The translations under genes and the position numbers were made by a program. Positions 9,921-19,747 of a stretch of 32,000 nucleotides of DNA are shown in pieces; the stretch's first letter is position 1, and every line of letters begins with the position of its first letter. Under the pieces are notes generated by a model. The model had not been told where the DNA came from. It ran no database searches and worked only from the letters and a program-made list of their open reading frames with translations. Source of the stretch: Pasteurella multocida (GTDB lineage Bacteria > Pseudomonadota > Gammaproteobacteria > Enterobacterales > Pasteurellaceae). Location: positions 990,001 to 1,022,000 of the forward strand of contig NZ_LT906458.1 in the NCBI RefSeq assembly GCF_900187275.1, read 5' to 3'.

Positions 9921-9958
9921 AAAAAAGTGCGGTTAAACTTTTAAAAGTTTGACCGCAC
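9921..9958 (-). terminator. Terminator between convergent umuD-like gene and lpdA; contains one exact and one partial uptake sequence
   Basis: 32-nt near-perfect dyad GTGCGGTTAAACTTTTAAAAGTTTGACCGCAC (9927-9958); minus strand is followed by TTTTTT. Confidence 0.75.
9925..9933 (+). repeat. DNA uptake signal sequence
   Basis: Exact AAGTGCGGT. Confidence 0.9.
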
Positions 9959-10009
9959 AGCTATTTCGTTTAAAAACTTTTGTTACTTATCAGTTTCAAC
10001 AAAAACGTA

Positions 10010-11428
10010 TTATTTTTTCTTCGCTTTTGGATTTGGTAAGTCAGTAATTGACCCTTCAAATACTTCTGCTGCAAGACCAACAGACTCGTGTAATGTTGGG
10101 TGAGCATGGATCGTTAAGGCTAAATCTTCCGCATCACAACCCATTTCGATAGCAAGACCGATTTCACCTAACAATTCACCACCATTCGTCCCGACGATTG
10201 CGCCACCGATAACACGATGTGTATTTTTATCAAAGATCAATTTTGTCATGCCATCTGCACAGTCAGATGCAATCGCACGACCTGAGGCAGCCCAAGGGAA
10301 TTTCGCTACTTCATAAGCGATACCTTCCGCTTTACATTCTTTCTCAGTTTTACCCACCCAAGCCACTTCAGGTTCCGTATACGCAATAGATGGAATCACT
10401 TTTGGATCGAAGTAATGTTTCATGCCTGCAATCACTTCTGCTGCGACATGACCTTCATGAACACCTTTGTGTGCTAACATTGGTTGACCCACGATATCAC
10501 CAATGGCGAAAATGTGAGGCACATTGGTACGCATTTGTTTGTCGGTACGAATGAAACCACGATCATCTACTTCAACACCCGCAACACCGGCATCAATCAA
10601 TTTACCATTTGGTACACGACCAATCGCCACTAATACAGCATCATAACGACGAGTTTCAGAAGCTTTACCTTCCATTGAAACATAAATACCATCTTCTTTT
10701 GCTTCAACCGCAGTCACTTTCGTTTCTAATAATAAATTGAATTTCTTCGCGACGCGTTTGGTGTAGATTTGAACCATGTCTTTATCCGCAGCCGGGATCA
10801 CTTGGTCAAACATTTCGACTACATCAATTTTTGAGCCTAATGCATGGTAAACCGTTCCCATTTCTAGACCGATAATACCACCACCCATGATAAGTAAATT
10901 CTCTGGCACTTCTTTTAATTTAAGTGCATCTGTGGAGTCCCAAATACGTGGATCTTCATGTGGAATAAATGGTAATTGAATTGGACGCGATCCTGCCGCA
11001 ATAATCGCATGATCAAACTTGATCGTCGTTTCCCCTTCTTCGCCCGCAACAATAATCGTATTTGGACCAGAGAATTTACCATAGCCGTTCACTACTTGCA
11101 CTTTACGTTGTTTAGCCATACCCGCTAAACCACCCGTTAACTGGTTAATGACTTTTTCTTTCCAACCACGGATTTTGTTTACATCTGTGCTTGGCTCACC
11201 GAACACGATACCATGCTCTGCAAGCGCTTTGGCTTCTTCAATCACTTTCGCCACGTGTAATAAGGCTTTTGACGGGATACAACCCACGTTTAAACATACG
11301 CCACCTAACGTAGCATAACGTTCAACAATCACGGTTTCTAAACCTAAATCTGCACAACGGAATGCGGCGGAATAACCCGCAGGACCCGCACCTAATACCA
11401 CAACCTGAGTTTTAATTTCTTTATTCAT
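10010..11428 (-). CDS. lpdA: Dihydrolipoyl dehydrogenase (E3)
   Basis: Rossmann motif VVVLGAGPAGYSAAFRCADLG and redox-active GGVCLNVGCIPSKALL; start set to MNKEIKTQ at 11428, preceded by GAGG, rather than the 22-codon-longer ORF start at 11494. Confidence 0.93.
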   Translation of the reverse strand: MNKEIKTQVVVLGAGPAGYSAAFRCADLGLETVIVERYATLGGVCLNVGCIPSKALLHVAKVIEEAKALAEHGIVFGEPSTDVNKIRGWKEKVINQLTGGLAGMAKQRKVQVVNGYGKFSGPNTIIVAGEEGETTIKFDHAIIAAGSRPIQLPFIPHEDPRIWDSTDALKLKEVPENLLIMGGGIIGLEMGTVYHALGSKIDVVEMFDQVIPAADKDMVQIYTKRVAKKFNLLLETKVTAVEAKEDGIYVSMEGKASETRRYDAVLVAIGRVPNGKLIDAGVAGVEVDDRGFIRTDKQMRTNVPHIFAIGDIVGQPMLAHKGVHEGHVAAEVIAGMKHYFDPKVIPSIAYTEPEVAWVGKTEKECKAEGIAYEVAKFPWAASGRAIASDCADGMTKLIFDKNTHRVIGGAIVGTNGGELLGEIGLAIEMGCDAEDLALTIHAHPTLHESVGLAAEVFEGSITDLPNPKAKKK

Positions 11429-11481
11429 TTTAACCTCGTTAAAGAATGCGATGCATTTTATCAAAAGATAGGCGATTTTAG

Positions 11482-11490
11482 ACCGCACTT
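11482..11490 (-). repeat. DNA uptake signal sequence
   Basis: Exact ACCGCACTT on + strand. Confidence 0.9.
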
Positions 11491-11552
11491 TCACACCACA
11501 TTTGGGTTGATTAATGATGTCCGCTCGGCAATTTACCGAACGGACAGTGCGA

Positions 11553-13451
11553 TTACATAACTAAACGACGAAGATCAGATAACACGCCATTGATATAGCT
11601 AATGAAACGTGCGCCATCTGCACCATCGATCACACGGTGGTCGAAAGACAATGATAATGGCAACATTAAGCGTGGCGTAAATTCTTTACCGTTCCAAACT
11701 GGCGCCATTTCTGATTTAGACACACCTAGAATTGCGACTTCTGGCGCATTCACGATTGGCGCAAAGTGTGTCGTACCTAAGCCCCCTAAGCTTGAAATCG
11801 TGAAACAACCCCCTTGCATATCCGAAGCGGTTAATTTGCCGTCACGTGCTTTTTTCGACACTTCCATTAATTCACGAGAAAGTTCGATAATGCCTTTTTT
11901 GTTGACATCTTTAAAGACAGGCACGACTAAGCCGTTTGGTGTATCCACTGCCACACCAATATTGACATATTTTTTCAAGGTTAAACGTTGACCATCTTCA
12001 GAAATCGAGCTATTAAAACGTGGATACGCTTCTAATGCTTTGGCAGCCGCTTTCATGATAAACACCACTGGCGTGATTTTCACACCCCATTTTTGTTTTT
12101 CCGCTAACACATTTTGTTCTTTACGGAACGCTTCTAAGTCAGTAATATCGGCACGATCGAAATGTGTAACATGCGGGATCATCACCCAGTTACGGTGTAA
12201 GTTTGCACCCGAAATTTTGTTAATACGGGTGAGTTCTACTTCTTCCACTTCACCAAACTTGCTGAAATCCACTTTCGGCCATGGCAATAAGCCTAAGCCT
12301 GCACCATTTGCTACACCGCTGCCCGCTGGCGCTGCAGATACAGAACCTGATTCAACCGCTTTGATTGCTGCTTTCACATATGCTTGAACGTCTTCTTTTA
12401 AGATACGACCTTTACGACCAGTACCTTTCACTTTATCGAGGTTCACACCAAATTCACGTGCTAAACGACGTACAACCGGTGTGGCATAAGCAAATACAGA
12501 ACTACCTGTTACTTCTGCATCACCCGCTGGCGCGCTTGCAACCGGTGCTGGCGTTGCTGCTTGTGGTGCTGCCGCTTGTGCAGCAGGTGCAGGTTGTGCT
12601 GGTGCTGCTGAAGGTGCGGCTCCCGCTACTTCAAAGCGCATAATTAATGAACCCGTAGAGACTTTGTCGCCAGATTTCACTAAAATTTCTTTTACCACAC
12701 CGGCAAATGGCGCAGGCACTTCCATTGAAGCTTTATCACCTTCAACAGTAATTAATGATTGTTCTTCTGTGATCGTGTCACCCACGTTCACCATGATTTC
12801 CGTCACGTTGACTTCGTCACCACCAATATCTGGCACGTTCACATCTTTTACCGCACTTTGTGCAGGTGCTGATGGCGCAGCTGTTGGCGCTTGTGCTGGT
12901 GTCGCTACTGCTGGCGCATCACCCGTTTCAAATTTCATAATCAATGATCCTGTTGATACTTTGTCACCAACATTGATTAGAATTTCTTTAACAACACCTG
13001 CGATTGGGGCTGGGACTTCCATTGAGGCTTTATCACCTTCTACATTGATGATCGATTGCTCAACCTCAACTTTATCACCCACTTTGACCATGATTTCTGT
13101 CACGTTAACTTCATCACCACCAATATCGGGGACATGTACTTCAACCACTGCGCTTGCTGCTGGCGCTGGCGCAGATACTGGTGCTGTTTCAGCTTTTGGC
13201 GTTTCAGCAGGTTTTGCATCACCCGTTTCTAACACAAACATCGGTGAACCCGTTGACACTTTGTCACCCACTTTCACTAACACTTCTTTGATCACACCCG
13301 CTTCTGGTGAAGGGACTTCCATTGAGGCTTTATCACCTTCTACATTGATTACGCTTTGATCAACTGCAACCGTATCACCCGCTTTTACCATGACTTCTGT
13401 CACAGTCACTTCATCACCACCAATATCTGGTACTTGAATTTGTTTTGACAT
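11553..13451 (-). CDS. aceF: Pyruvate dehydrogenase E2, dihydrolipoamide acetyltransferase, with three lipoyl domains
   Basis: 632 aa; three VPDIGGDEV...EGDKASMEV lipoyl domains, peripheral subunit-binding domain, C-terminal [15 protein letters not shown]. Confidence 0.95.
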   Translation of the reverse strand: MSKQIQVPDIGGDEVTVTEVMVKAGDTVAVDQSVINVEGDKASMEVPSPEAGVIKEVLVKVGDKVSTGSPMFVLETGDAKPAETPKAETAPVSAPAPAASAVVEVHVPDIGGDEVNVTEIMVKVGDKVEVEQSIINVEGDKASMEVPAPIAGVVKEILINVGDKVSTGSLIMKFETGDAPAVATPAQAPTAAPSAPAQSAVKDVNVPDIGGDEVNVTEIMVNVGDTITEEQSLITVEGDKASMEVPAPFAGVVKEILVKSGDKVSTGSLIMRFEVAGAAPSAAPAQPAPAAQAAAPQAATPAPVASAPAGDAEVTGSSVFAYATPVVRRLAREFGVNLDKVKGTGRKGRILKEDVQAYVKAAIKAVESGSVSAAPAGSGVANGAGLGLLPWPKVDFSKFGEVEEVELTRINKISGANLHRNWVMIPHVTHFDRADITDLEAFRKEQNVLAEKQKWGVKITPVVFIMKAAAKALEAYPRFNSSISEDGQRLTLKKYVNIGVAVDTPNGLVVPVFKDVNKKGIIELSRELMEVSKKARDGKLTASDMQGGCFTISSLGGLGTTHFAPIVNAPEVAILGVSKSEMAPVWNGKEFTPRLMLPLSLSFDHRVIDGADGARFISYINGVLSDLRRLVM

Positions 13452-13469
13452 GTTTTTTTATCCTCCAAT

Positions 13470-13509
13470 CATTCCATAACATGCTCCCTGATATCAGGGA
13501 GCTGGAATG
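13470..13509 (-). promoter_or_regulatory. Intercistronic stem-loop between aceE and aceF
   Basis: Outer arms CATTCCA/TGGAATG around a perfect 20-bp palindrome GCTCCCTGATATCAGGGAGC (13483-13502). Confidence 0.65.
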
Positions 13510-13523
13510 TTAATCCTATTTAC

Positions 13524-16187
13524 TTAGGCGTAAAGTGGGTTCACTTTATCTGCATCAATACCGTATTTTTGAATAGCGTCTGCAACCACTTTCTTATCGA
13601 TAGTACCTTGTTTCGCCAATTCAGATAATGCTGCGATTGCCACATAACGAGCATCCACTTCAAAGTGCTCACGTAGGTTTTCACGGCTATCTGAACGACC
13701 AAAACCATCTGTACCTAATACACGATAGCTTGCTGCTGGCACATAAGCACGAACTTGTTCTGCAAATAATTTCATGTAGTCTGTTGCAGCAACAGCAGGC
13801 GCATCATTCATTACTTGTGCAATGTAAGGTACACGTGCTTTGGCTTCTGGATGTAATAAGTTCCAACGATCTGCATCAGCACCTTCACGTGCTACTTCTG
13901 TGAATGACGGTACACTATACACATCTGAAGTGACACCAAAGTCATTAGCTAACAACTGTGCTGCTTCGCGAACATGACGTAAGATTGCACCAGAACCTAA
14001 TAACTGAACTTTACCTTTACCTTGACCGGTTACGGTTTCAAACTTATAGATACCTTTACGGATACCTTCTTCCGCACCTTTTGGCATAGCCGGTTGGTCA
14101 TAAGTTTCGTTCAATGTGGTGATATAGTAGTAAATGTTCTCTTGTTCTGGTCCATACATACGACGTACGCCGTCTTGCATGATAACCGCAACCTCAAAAG
14201 CAAATGCTGGGTCATAAGAGATACAGTTAGGGATAGTTAATGATTGAATATGGCTGTGACCATCTTCATGTTGTAAACCTTCACCATTTAATGTTGTACG
14301 ACCCGATGTCCCACCAATCATGAAACCACGTGCTTGTTGGTCACCCGCGGCCCACATTAAGTCACCAATACGTTGGAAACCAAACATGGAGTAGTACACA
14401 TAGAATGGAATCATTGGGAAATCATTTGTTGAGTAAGAAGTAGCCGCAGCTAACCAAGAAGCGGTTGCACCTTGCTCATTGATCCCTTCTTGTAACACTT
14501 GACCATCAATGGCTTCACGGTAGTAAGATACTTGCTCGCGATCTTGCGGGGTATAGTTTTGACCATACGGGTTGTAAATACCGATTTGACGGAATAAGCC
14601 TTCCATACCAAATGTACGTGCTTCGTCTGCCAGAATTGGCACGATACGTTTACCCACAGATTTGTTTTTCAATAATACGTTTAGTGAACGTACAAATGCC
14701 ATCGTTGTTGAAATTGGACGGGCTTGAGCTTCAAATAATTGTGCAAACTCCTCTAATTCCGGCACCTCTAATTGTTCCGTGAAACGTGGTAAACGGGTTG
14801 GCAAATAACCTTGTAACGCTTGACGACGTTCGTGAAGGTATTTGTACTCTTCAGAACCTTCTGCAAATTTAATGTATGGTAAATTTTCAATATCCGCATC
14901 AGCAATATCAATGTTAAAGCGATCACGAACGTGTTTCACGCCTGACATATCCATTTTCTTCACTTGGTGAGCAATGTTTTTCCCTTCAGCAGCTTCACCC
15001 ATACCATAACCTTTAATGGTTTTCACAAGTAAAACAACAGGTTTCCCTTTCACTTGTTTTGCTTTATTGAAGGCAGCGAATATTTTTAATGGATCGTGAC
15101 CACCACGATTTAATGCCCAGATTTCATCATCTGTCATTTCAGCCACTAAGGCTTCTGTTTCTGGATAACGACCAAAGAAGTGTTTACGAACGTAAGCACC
15201 ATCTTTTGCTTTCATGGTTTGATAGTCACCATCAACCACTTCCATCATTAATTGTAATAATTTACCTGAGGTATCACGTTGTAATAAACGATCCCAACGA
15301 CGGCCCCAAATCACTTTAATCACTTCCCAGCCTGCGCCGTTGAATAAACCTTCTAATTCTTGGATGATTTTGCCGTTACCTGTTACGGGACCGTCTAAAC
15401 GTTGTAAGTTACAGTTAATCACAAACACAAGGTTGTCTAACTTTTCACGCGCTGCCACAGAAATCGCACCACGCGATTCGACTTCATCCATTTCACCATC
15501 ACCTAAGAAGGCATAAACAGTTTGATCAGCAGTATCTTTTAAGCCACGGTTGTGTAAATATTTTAAGAAACGCGCTTGGTAAATGGCATTCAATGGTCCT
15601 AGACCCATGGACACGGTTGGGAACTGCCAGAATTCAGGCATTAATTTCGGATGCGGATAGGAAGAAAGCCCTTTACCGTGAACTTCTTGACGGAAGTTAT
15701 CCATTTGTTCTTCAGTTAAACGACCTTCTAAGAATGCACGGGCATAAATGCCTGGTGAGATATGACCTTGGAAGAAAACTAAGTCACCACCATTTTTCGC
15801 GGAACGCGCTTTAAAGAAGTGGTTAAAACAGACTTCATAAATAGTTGCAGAAGATTGGAAAGAAGACATATGTCCACCTAATTCCAAATCTTTTTTCGAA
15901 GCACGCAATACCATCATAATCGCATTCCAACGAATTGCACCGCGGATACGTCTTTCTAAGTCTAAATTGCCTGGATAGTTTGGTTCTTCTGAAGCTGGAA
16001 TGGTATTGATGTAGTCAGTGGTGATACCTGTTGGTAAAGAAACATTGTTGGCTCGAGCGTGTTGCATTAATTGCTCAATAATATATTGTGCGCGTTCAAC
16101 ACCTTCTTCGCGAATGACCGCATCAATAGCTAACAACCAATCATTAGTTTCGACTGGATCTACGTCATTCTTTAACATATCTGACAT
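13524..16187 (-). CDS. aceE: Pyruvate dehydrogenase E1 component
   Basis: 887 aa; MGLGPLNAIYQARFLKYLHNRG, VYAFLGDGEMDEVES thiamine-diphosphate motif. Confidence 0.97.
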   Translation of the reverse strand: MSDMLKNDVDPVETNDWLLAIDAVIREEGVERAQYIIEQLMQHARANNVSLPTGITTDYINTIPASEEPNYPGNLDLERRIRGAIRWNAIMMVLRASKKDLELGGHMSSFQSSATIYEVCFNHFFKARSAKNGGDLVFFQGHISPGIYARAFLEGRLTEEQMDNFRQEVHGKGLSSYPHPKLMPEFWQFPTVSMGLGPLNAIYQARFLKYLHNRGLKDTADQTVYAFLGDGEMDEVESRGAISVAAREKLDNLVFVINCNLQRLDGPVTGNGKIIQELEGLFNGAGWEVIKVIWGRRWDRLLQRDTSGKLLQLMMEVVDGDYQTMKAKDGAYVRKHFFGRYPETEALVAEMTDDEIWALNRGGHDPLKIFAAFNKAKQVKGKPVVLLVKTIKGYGMGEAAEGKNIAHQVKKMDMSGVKHVRDRFNIDIADADIENLPYIKFAEGSEEYKYLHERRQALQGYLPTRLPRFTEQLEVPELEEFAQLFEAQARPISTTMAFVRSLNVLLKNKSVGKRIVPILADEARTFGMEGLFRQIGIYNPYGQNYTPQDREQVSYYREAIDGQVLQEGINEQGATASWLAAATSYSTNDFPMIPFYVYYSMFGFQRIGDLMWAAGDQQARGFMIGGTSGRTTLNGEGLQHEDGHSHIQSLTIPNCISYDPAFAFEVAVIMQDGVRRMYGPEQENIYYYITTLNETYDQPAMPKGAEEGIRKGIYKFETVTGQGKGKVQLLGSGAILRHVREAAQLLANDFGVTSDVYSVPSFTEVAREGADADRWNLLHPEAKARVPYIAQVMNDAPAVAATDYMKLFAEQVRAYVPAASYRVLGTDGFGRSDSRENLREHFEVDARYVAIAALSELAKQGTIDKKVVADAIQKYGIDADKVNPLYA

Positions 16188-16221
16188 AGTCTTTTCCTTA
16201 TTTGTTAAGTTAAAAGTAAGC

Positions 16222-16242
16222 TTAATCTTAAGTTAAGATTAA
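16222..16242. promoter_or_regulatory. Candidate operator upstream of aceE
   Basis: Perfect inverted repeat TTAATCTTAA-G-TTAAGATTAA, 35 nt upstream of the aceE start codon. Confidence 0.45.
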
Positions 16243-16834
16243 ACAATGAATTAATCACGAAATATGTAAAATTGAATATAATTTACACAAAATTCAATTA
16301 AAAGAAAATTGCTTCACAAATTTTTAACAAATTTTGTAAATATTATTAGATTTTTTTAGAGAAAGATAGTTATTTCTCTCGCAAAAGACAAAAAATGAGA
16401 CATTGATAGCACTTTCATATACAGATAGAGACGTATCAGATAGTCGCTCTTTTATCATGAATATTTTCCGTCAATGCGCTGAATTCACACGACTATTATA
16501 GCCGCTAATCAGATTAAAGATAGCGACTAACATACAACACAGACCTGCATCAAAATTACTCACAATGCACTTCGTAAAACAAAGCAGTTATCCTCTATCT
16601 TCCTCATGACTTGAAAAACACATGTGGATATCTATCATTACACCGCATCATAAACCATGATACAAAAATAGTTAAAACAGAATACCGGCATAATTTACCT
16701 TGTTACATTCAAGATGACTACTTTAAGAAGTACAATTTATGATCTCACTCTCATTTTTTTAAACATGAACTGTCAGGTTTAGACTGTTAGCATGATGACG
16801 GTATTGATTAAATCACAAGAAATAATGAGACAAA

Positions 16835-16870
16835 TAAAAAAGTCCACCTTAACAAATAAAGGCAGACTTT
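16835..16870 (-). terminator. Terminator of ptsHI-crr
   Basis: Minus strand AAAGTC-TG-CCTT-TATTTGTT-AAGG-TG-GACTTTTTTATTTG. Confidence 0.7.
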
Positions 16871-16889
16871 CTTACAAAATAGACAATAA

Positions 16890-17390
16890 TTATTTTTTCA
16901 ATACAAGGACAACAGACTCACCCGCAACAACTTCACCAGCTTTTTTATCAATATGACTGATTTCATCCATATTAGAAATCACCACCGGAGTTAGAACAGA
17001 TTTTGCTTTTGCTTCAAGAAGGGCTAAATCAAATTCAATAACAGTTTCACCGCGTTTCACCGCCTGACCTTCTTGTGCAATACGTTTAAATCCTTCACCT
17101 TTTAGCTCAACAGTATCAATACCAAAGTGGACAAATAACTCTACTCCGTCTTTGGATTCCATTGAAAACGCATGGTTAGTTTCAAAAATTTTGCCAATTA
17201 CGCCATCAACAGGGGCGACCATTTTATTGCCAGTAGGACGAATCGCAATCCCATCCCCTACGATTTTCTCAGAAAAAACAACATCTGGTACATCTTCAAT
17301 ATTCACAATTTCACCAGAAAGCGGAGCAAAAATTTCCACTTCAACAGCTTTTTTGTCTTTTGAACCAAATAATTTGTCAAATAAACCCAT
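16890..17390 (-). CDS. crr: Glucose-specific phosphotransferase enzyme IIA
   Basis: 166 aa; [17 protein letters not shown] and [19 protein letters not shown]. Confidence 0.95.
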   Translation of the reverse strand: MGLFDKLFGSKDKKAVEVEIFAPLSGEIVNIEDVPDVVFSEKIVGDGIAIRPTGNKMVAPVDGVIGKIFETNHAFSMESKDGVELFVHFGIDTVELKGEGFKRIAQEGQAVKRGETVIEFDLALLEAKAKSVLTPVVISNMDEISHIDKKAGEVVAGESVVLVLKK

Positions 17391-17448
17391 TTTAGTCTCC
17401 TACTAAGTAAATGTGGTCATATTTTAACGTAAAATTTTCAGCTTGTAT

Positions 17449-19176
17449 CTAATTTAATGCTTTTTCAGCTAAAAAATCTTCAACTAATTGTTCAATTTCT
17501 ACGGCTGTTGGTTGCTGTAATGCCTTCATTGCTAAGGCTTTTGTATCTTCATAATTCACATTACGGATCAATTTCTTAATACGTGGTACAGAGATAGCAC
17601 TCATACTAAATTCATCCAAGCCCATACCTAAAAGTAATACCGCGGCTTTTTCATCACCCGCAAGCTCACCACACATGCCGGTCCATTTTCCTTCTGCATG
17701 CGAAGCATCAATCACCTGTTTAATTAAACTTAAGACAGAAGGTGACATTGGATTATACAGGTGAGAAATTAATTCATTACCACGGTCAACTGCTAATGTG
17801 TATTGTGTTAAATCGTTTGTTCCAATACTAAAGAAATCCACTTCTTTGGCTAAGAATTTGGCATTCACGGCTGCTGACGGTGTTTCTACCATGACACCGA
17901 TTTGAATACTTTCATCAAATGCCTTGCCTTCATTACGTAATTCTTGTTTCAAGGTTTCAATGACTGACTTCAATTCGCGAATCTCTTCCACCGAAATAAT
18001 CATTGGGAACATAACCGCTAACTTACCAAAAGCAGATGCGCGTAACACTGCTCTCAATTGTGCATGTAAAATTTCGCGACGGTCTAATGCGATACGAATT
18101 GCACGCCACCCTAAGAAGGGGTTCATTTCTTTTGGTAAATTTAAATAAGGAAGCTCTTTATCACCACCAATATCCATGGTACGTAAAATCACGAGGCGAC
18201 CATTCATCGCTTCAACAACGTCTTTGTAAGCAACAAATTGTTCTTCTTCAGTCGGTAATTGCTCACGATCCATAAATAAGAATTCGGTTCGATACAAGCC
18301 TACGCCTTCTGCCCCATTACGATCTGCTCCATCTACATCACGAATCGTACCAATATTGGCAACCACGTCGACACGATGACCATCTAAGGTTAACGCGGGT
18401 AAATCTTTTAATTTGGCTAATTCTGCTTTTTCTTCTAAGAGTTTTTGTTGTAAGCCTTTTAAGCGCGTTATTTCATCTTGTGATGGATTAACGTAAACGA
18501 CGTTATTCACCGCATCTAAAATCAGGTAATCGCCAGTATTCACTTGTGAAGTGACATGATTTGTTCCAACAATCGCCGGTAGCTCTAAAGAACGAGCCAT
18601 AATAGATGTGTGTGAAGTACGTCCACCGATGTCGGTAATAAAACCTAAGACTTTGTCTAAATTAAGCTGTGCTGTCTCAGAGGGCGTTAAATCATAAGCC
18701 ACCAAAATCGCTTCTTCGTTGATATCACCTAAATCAACAATATGCATGCCTAAAATATTTTTAATTAAACGATTACCAATATCTCGAATATCGCCGGCAC
18801 GTTCTCTTAAATATTCATCATCAATTTCAGATAACATCGTGACTTGCTGATCAATAATTTTACTTGCAGCTACACCCGCATTCACTTTATTTGTACGCAA
18901 ATAATCGATAATTTCTTCTTCCAACTCCTCATCTTCCAAGATCATCAAATGACCTTCAAAAATTGCTGCTTTTTCTTCACCTAAGGTCTTCGCCGCCCGA
19001 TCGCGAATGGCACTAAGCTGTTCTACTGCCGCATTTCGTCCTTGATAAAAACGTGCAATTTCCGAATCAATCTGAGATTCACTGATTTTTTGCATATCCA
19101 GTACAATTTTTTCTTCTTTAAGCACTAAGGCTTTACCAAAAACGATACCTGGTGAAGCTGGAATTCCTGAAATCAT
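17449..19176 (-). CDS. ptsI: PEP-protein phosphotransferase (enzyme I)
   Basis: 575 aa; [21 protein letters not shown] and [22 protein letters not shown]. Confidence 0.97.
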   Translation of the reverse strand: MISGIPASPGIVFGKALVLKEEKIVLDMQKISESQIDSEIARFYQGRNAAVEQLSAIRDRAAKTLGEEKAAIFEGHLMILEDEELEEEIIDYLRTNKVNAGVAASKIIDQQVTMLSEIDDEYLRERAGDIRDIGNRLIKNILGMHIVDLGDINEEAILVAYDLTPSETAQLNLDKVLGFITDIGGRTSHTSIMARSLELPAIVGTNHVTSQVNTGDYLILDAVNNVVYVNPSQDEITRLKGLQQKLLEEKAELAKLKDLPALTLDGHRVDVVANIGTIRDVDGADRNGAEGVGLYRTEFLFMDREQLPTEEEQFVAYKDVVEAMNGRLVILRTMDIGGDKELPYLNLPKEMNPFLGWRAIRIALDRREILHAQLRAVLRASAFGKLAVMFPMIISVEEIRELKSVIETLKQELRNEGKAFDESIQIGVMVETPSAAVNAKFLAKEVDFFSIGTNDLTQYTLAVDRGNELISHLYNPMSPSVLSLIKQVIDASHAEGKWTGMCGELAGDEKAAVLLLGMGLDEFSMSAISVPRIKKLIRNVNYEDTKALAMKALQQPTAVEIEQLVEDFLAEKALN

Positions 19177-19223
19177 ATGTAACCTTCTGAACTTTACTAA
19201 AATGTGATGATGGAAAAATAAAC

Positions 19224-19249
19224 GCCATAATGTGGACTCACATTATGGC
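19224..19249 (-). promoter_or_regulatory. Intercistronic hairpin between ptsH and ptsI
   Basis: Perfect GCCATAATGTG-N4-CACATTATGGC (11-bp stem); minus strand continues GTTTATTTTTCC. Confidence 0.7.
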
Positions 19250-19259
19250 TAACAATCAA

Positions 19260-19517
19260 TTATTCTAAGGTTGGAATAAGTGCGACTAAGTGTTCAACGG
19301 CTTTTTGCTCATCTTCGCCCTCTGCCGAAATCGTAATGACCGTACCTTGACTGAGTGCAAGTGTTTGTAATTTAAACAGACTTTTCGCACTCGCGCTTTT
19401 TCCCGCAGAAGTAACGGTAATATCAGAGGCAAAGGCTTTCACTTCTTTCACAAATTGTGCCGCAGGACGAGTATGTAATCCATTTGGTGCAATAATTTCA
19501 ACGTCTTTTGAGTACAT
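19260..19517 (-). CDS. ptsH: Phosphocarrier protein HPr
   Basis: 85 aa; [20 protein letters not shown] and [11 protein letters not shown]. Confidence 0.97.
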   Translation of the reverse strand: MYSKDVEIIAPNGLHTRPAAQFVKEVKAFASDITVTSAGKSASAKSLFKLQTLALSQGTVITISAEGEDEQKAVEHLVALIPTLE

Positions 19518-19677
19518 GTTTTTTTCCTTCTAAACAAAGAATAATTAACGTGAGAATAAGCGAGGTTATGACTTTCTAGCTTATATTGAGTACATTCCAT
19601 TTATTTTTGGATAAAAAATAAATCGAGCGGTAGTATCAATCCTTGTTGTTAAATAATCAAGATGGATCCAATAAAAA

Positions 19678-19693
19678 CTTGAGATAGATCACA
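19678..19693 (-). promoter_or_regulatory. Candidate CRP-cAMP site upstream of ptsH
   Basis: Minus strand TGTGA-TCTATC-TCAAG versus TGTGA-N6-TCACA (8/10 core positions). Confidence 0.45.
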
Positions 19694-19720
19694 AAAAAAC
19701 ACTCAAAAAGAGTGTTTTTT
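19694..19720 (-). terminator. Terminator of rsgA, bidirectional-looking
   Basis: AAAAAACACTC-AAAAA-GAGTGTTTTTT. Confidence 0.75.
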
Positions 19721-19747
19721 AATCCCTTGTTAACATTCAATTAACGA

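Noticed and set aside
11602-13359. Plus-strand ORFs antisense to aceF (11602-11991, 12040-12387, 12365-12643, 12664-13359), the longest 231 aa
   Set aside because: Ser/Thr/Pro-biased antisense translation of the Ala/Pro-rich linkers and repeated lipoyl domains of aceF; no independent RBS or domain.
16358-16379. AGAGAAA-gatagtta-TTTCTCT hairpin as a terminator
   Set aside because: The poly-T lies on the 5' side of the stem on the plus strand and becomes poly-A 3' of it on the minus strand, so neither orientation has a U-tail; stem is short and AT-rich.
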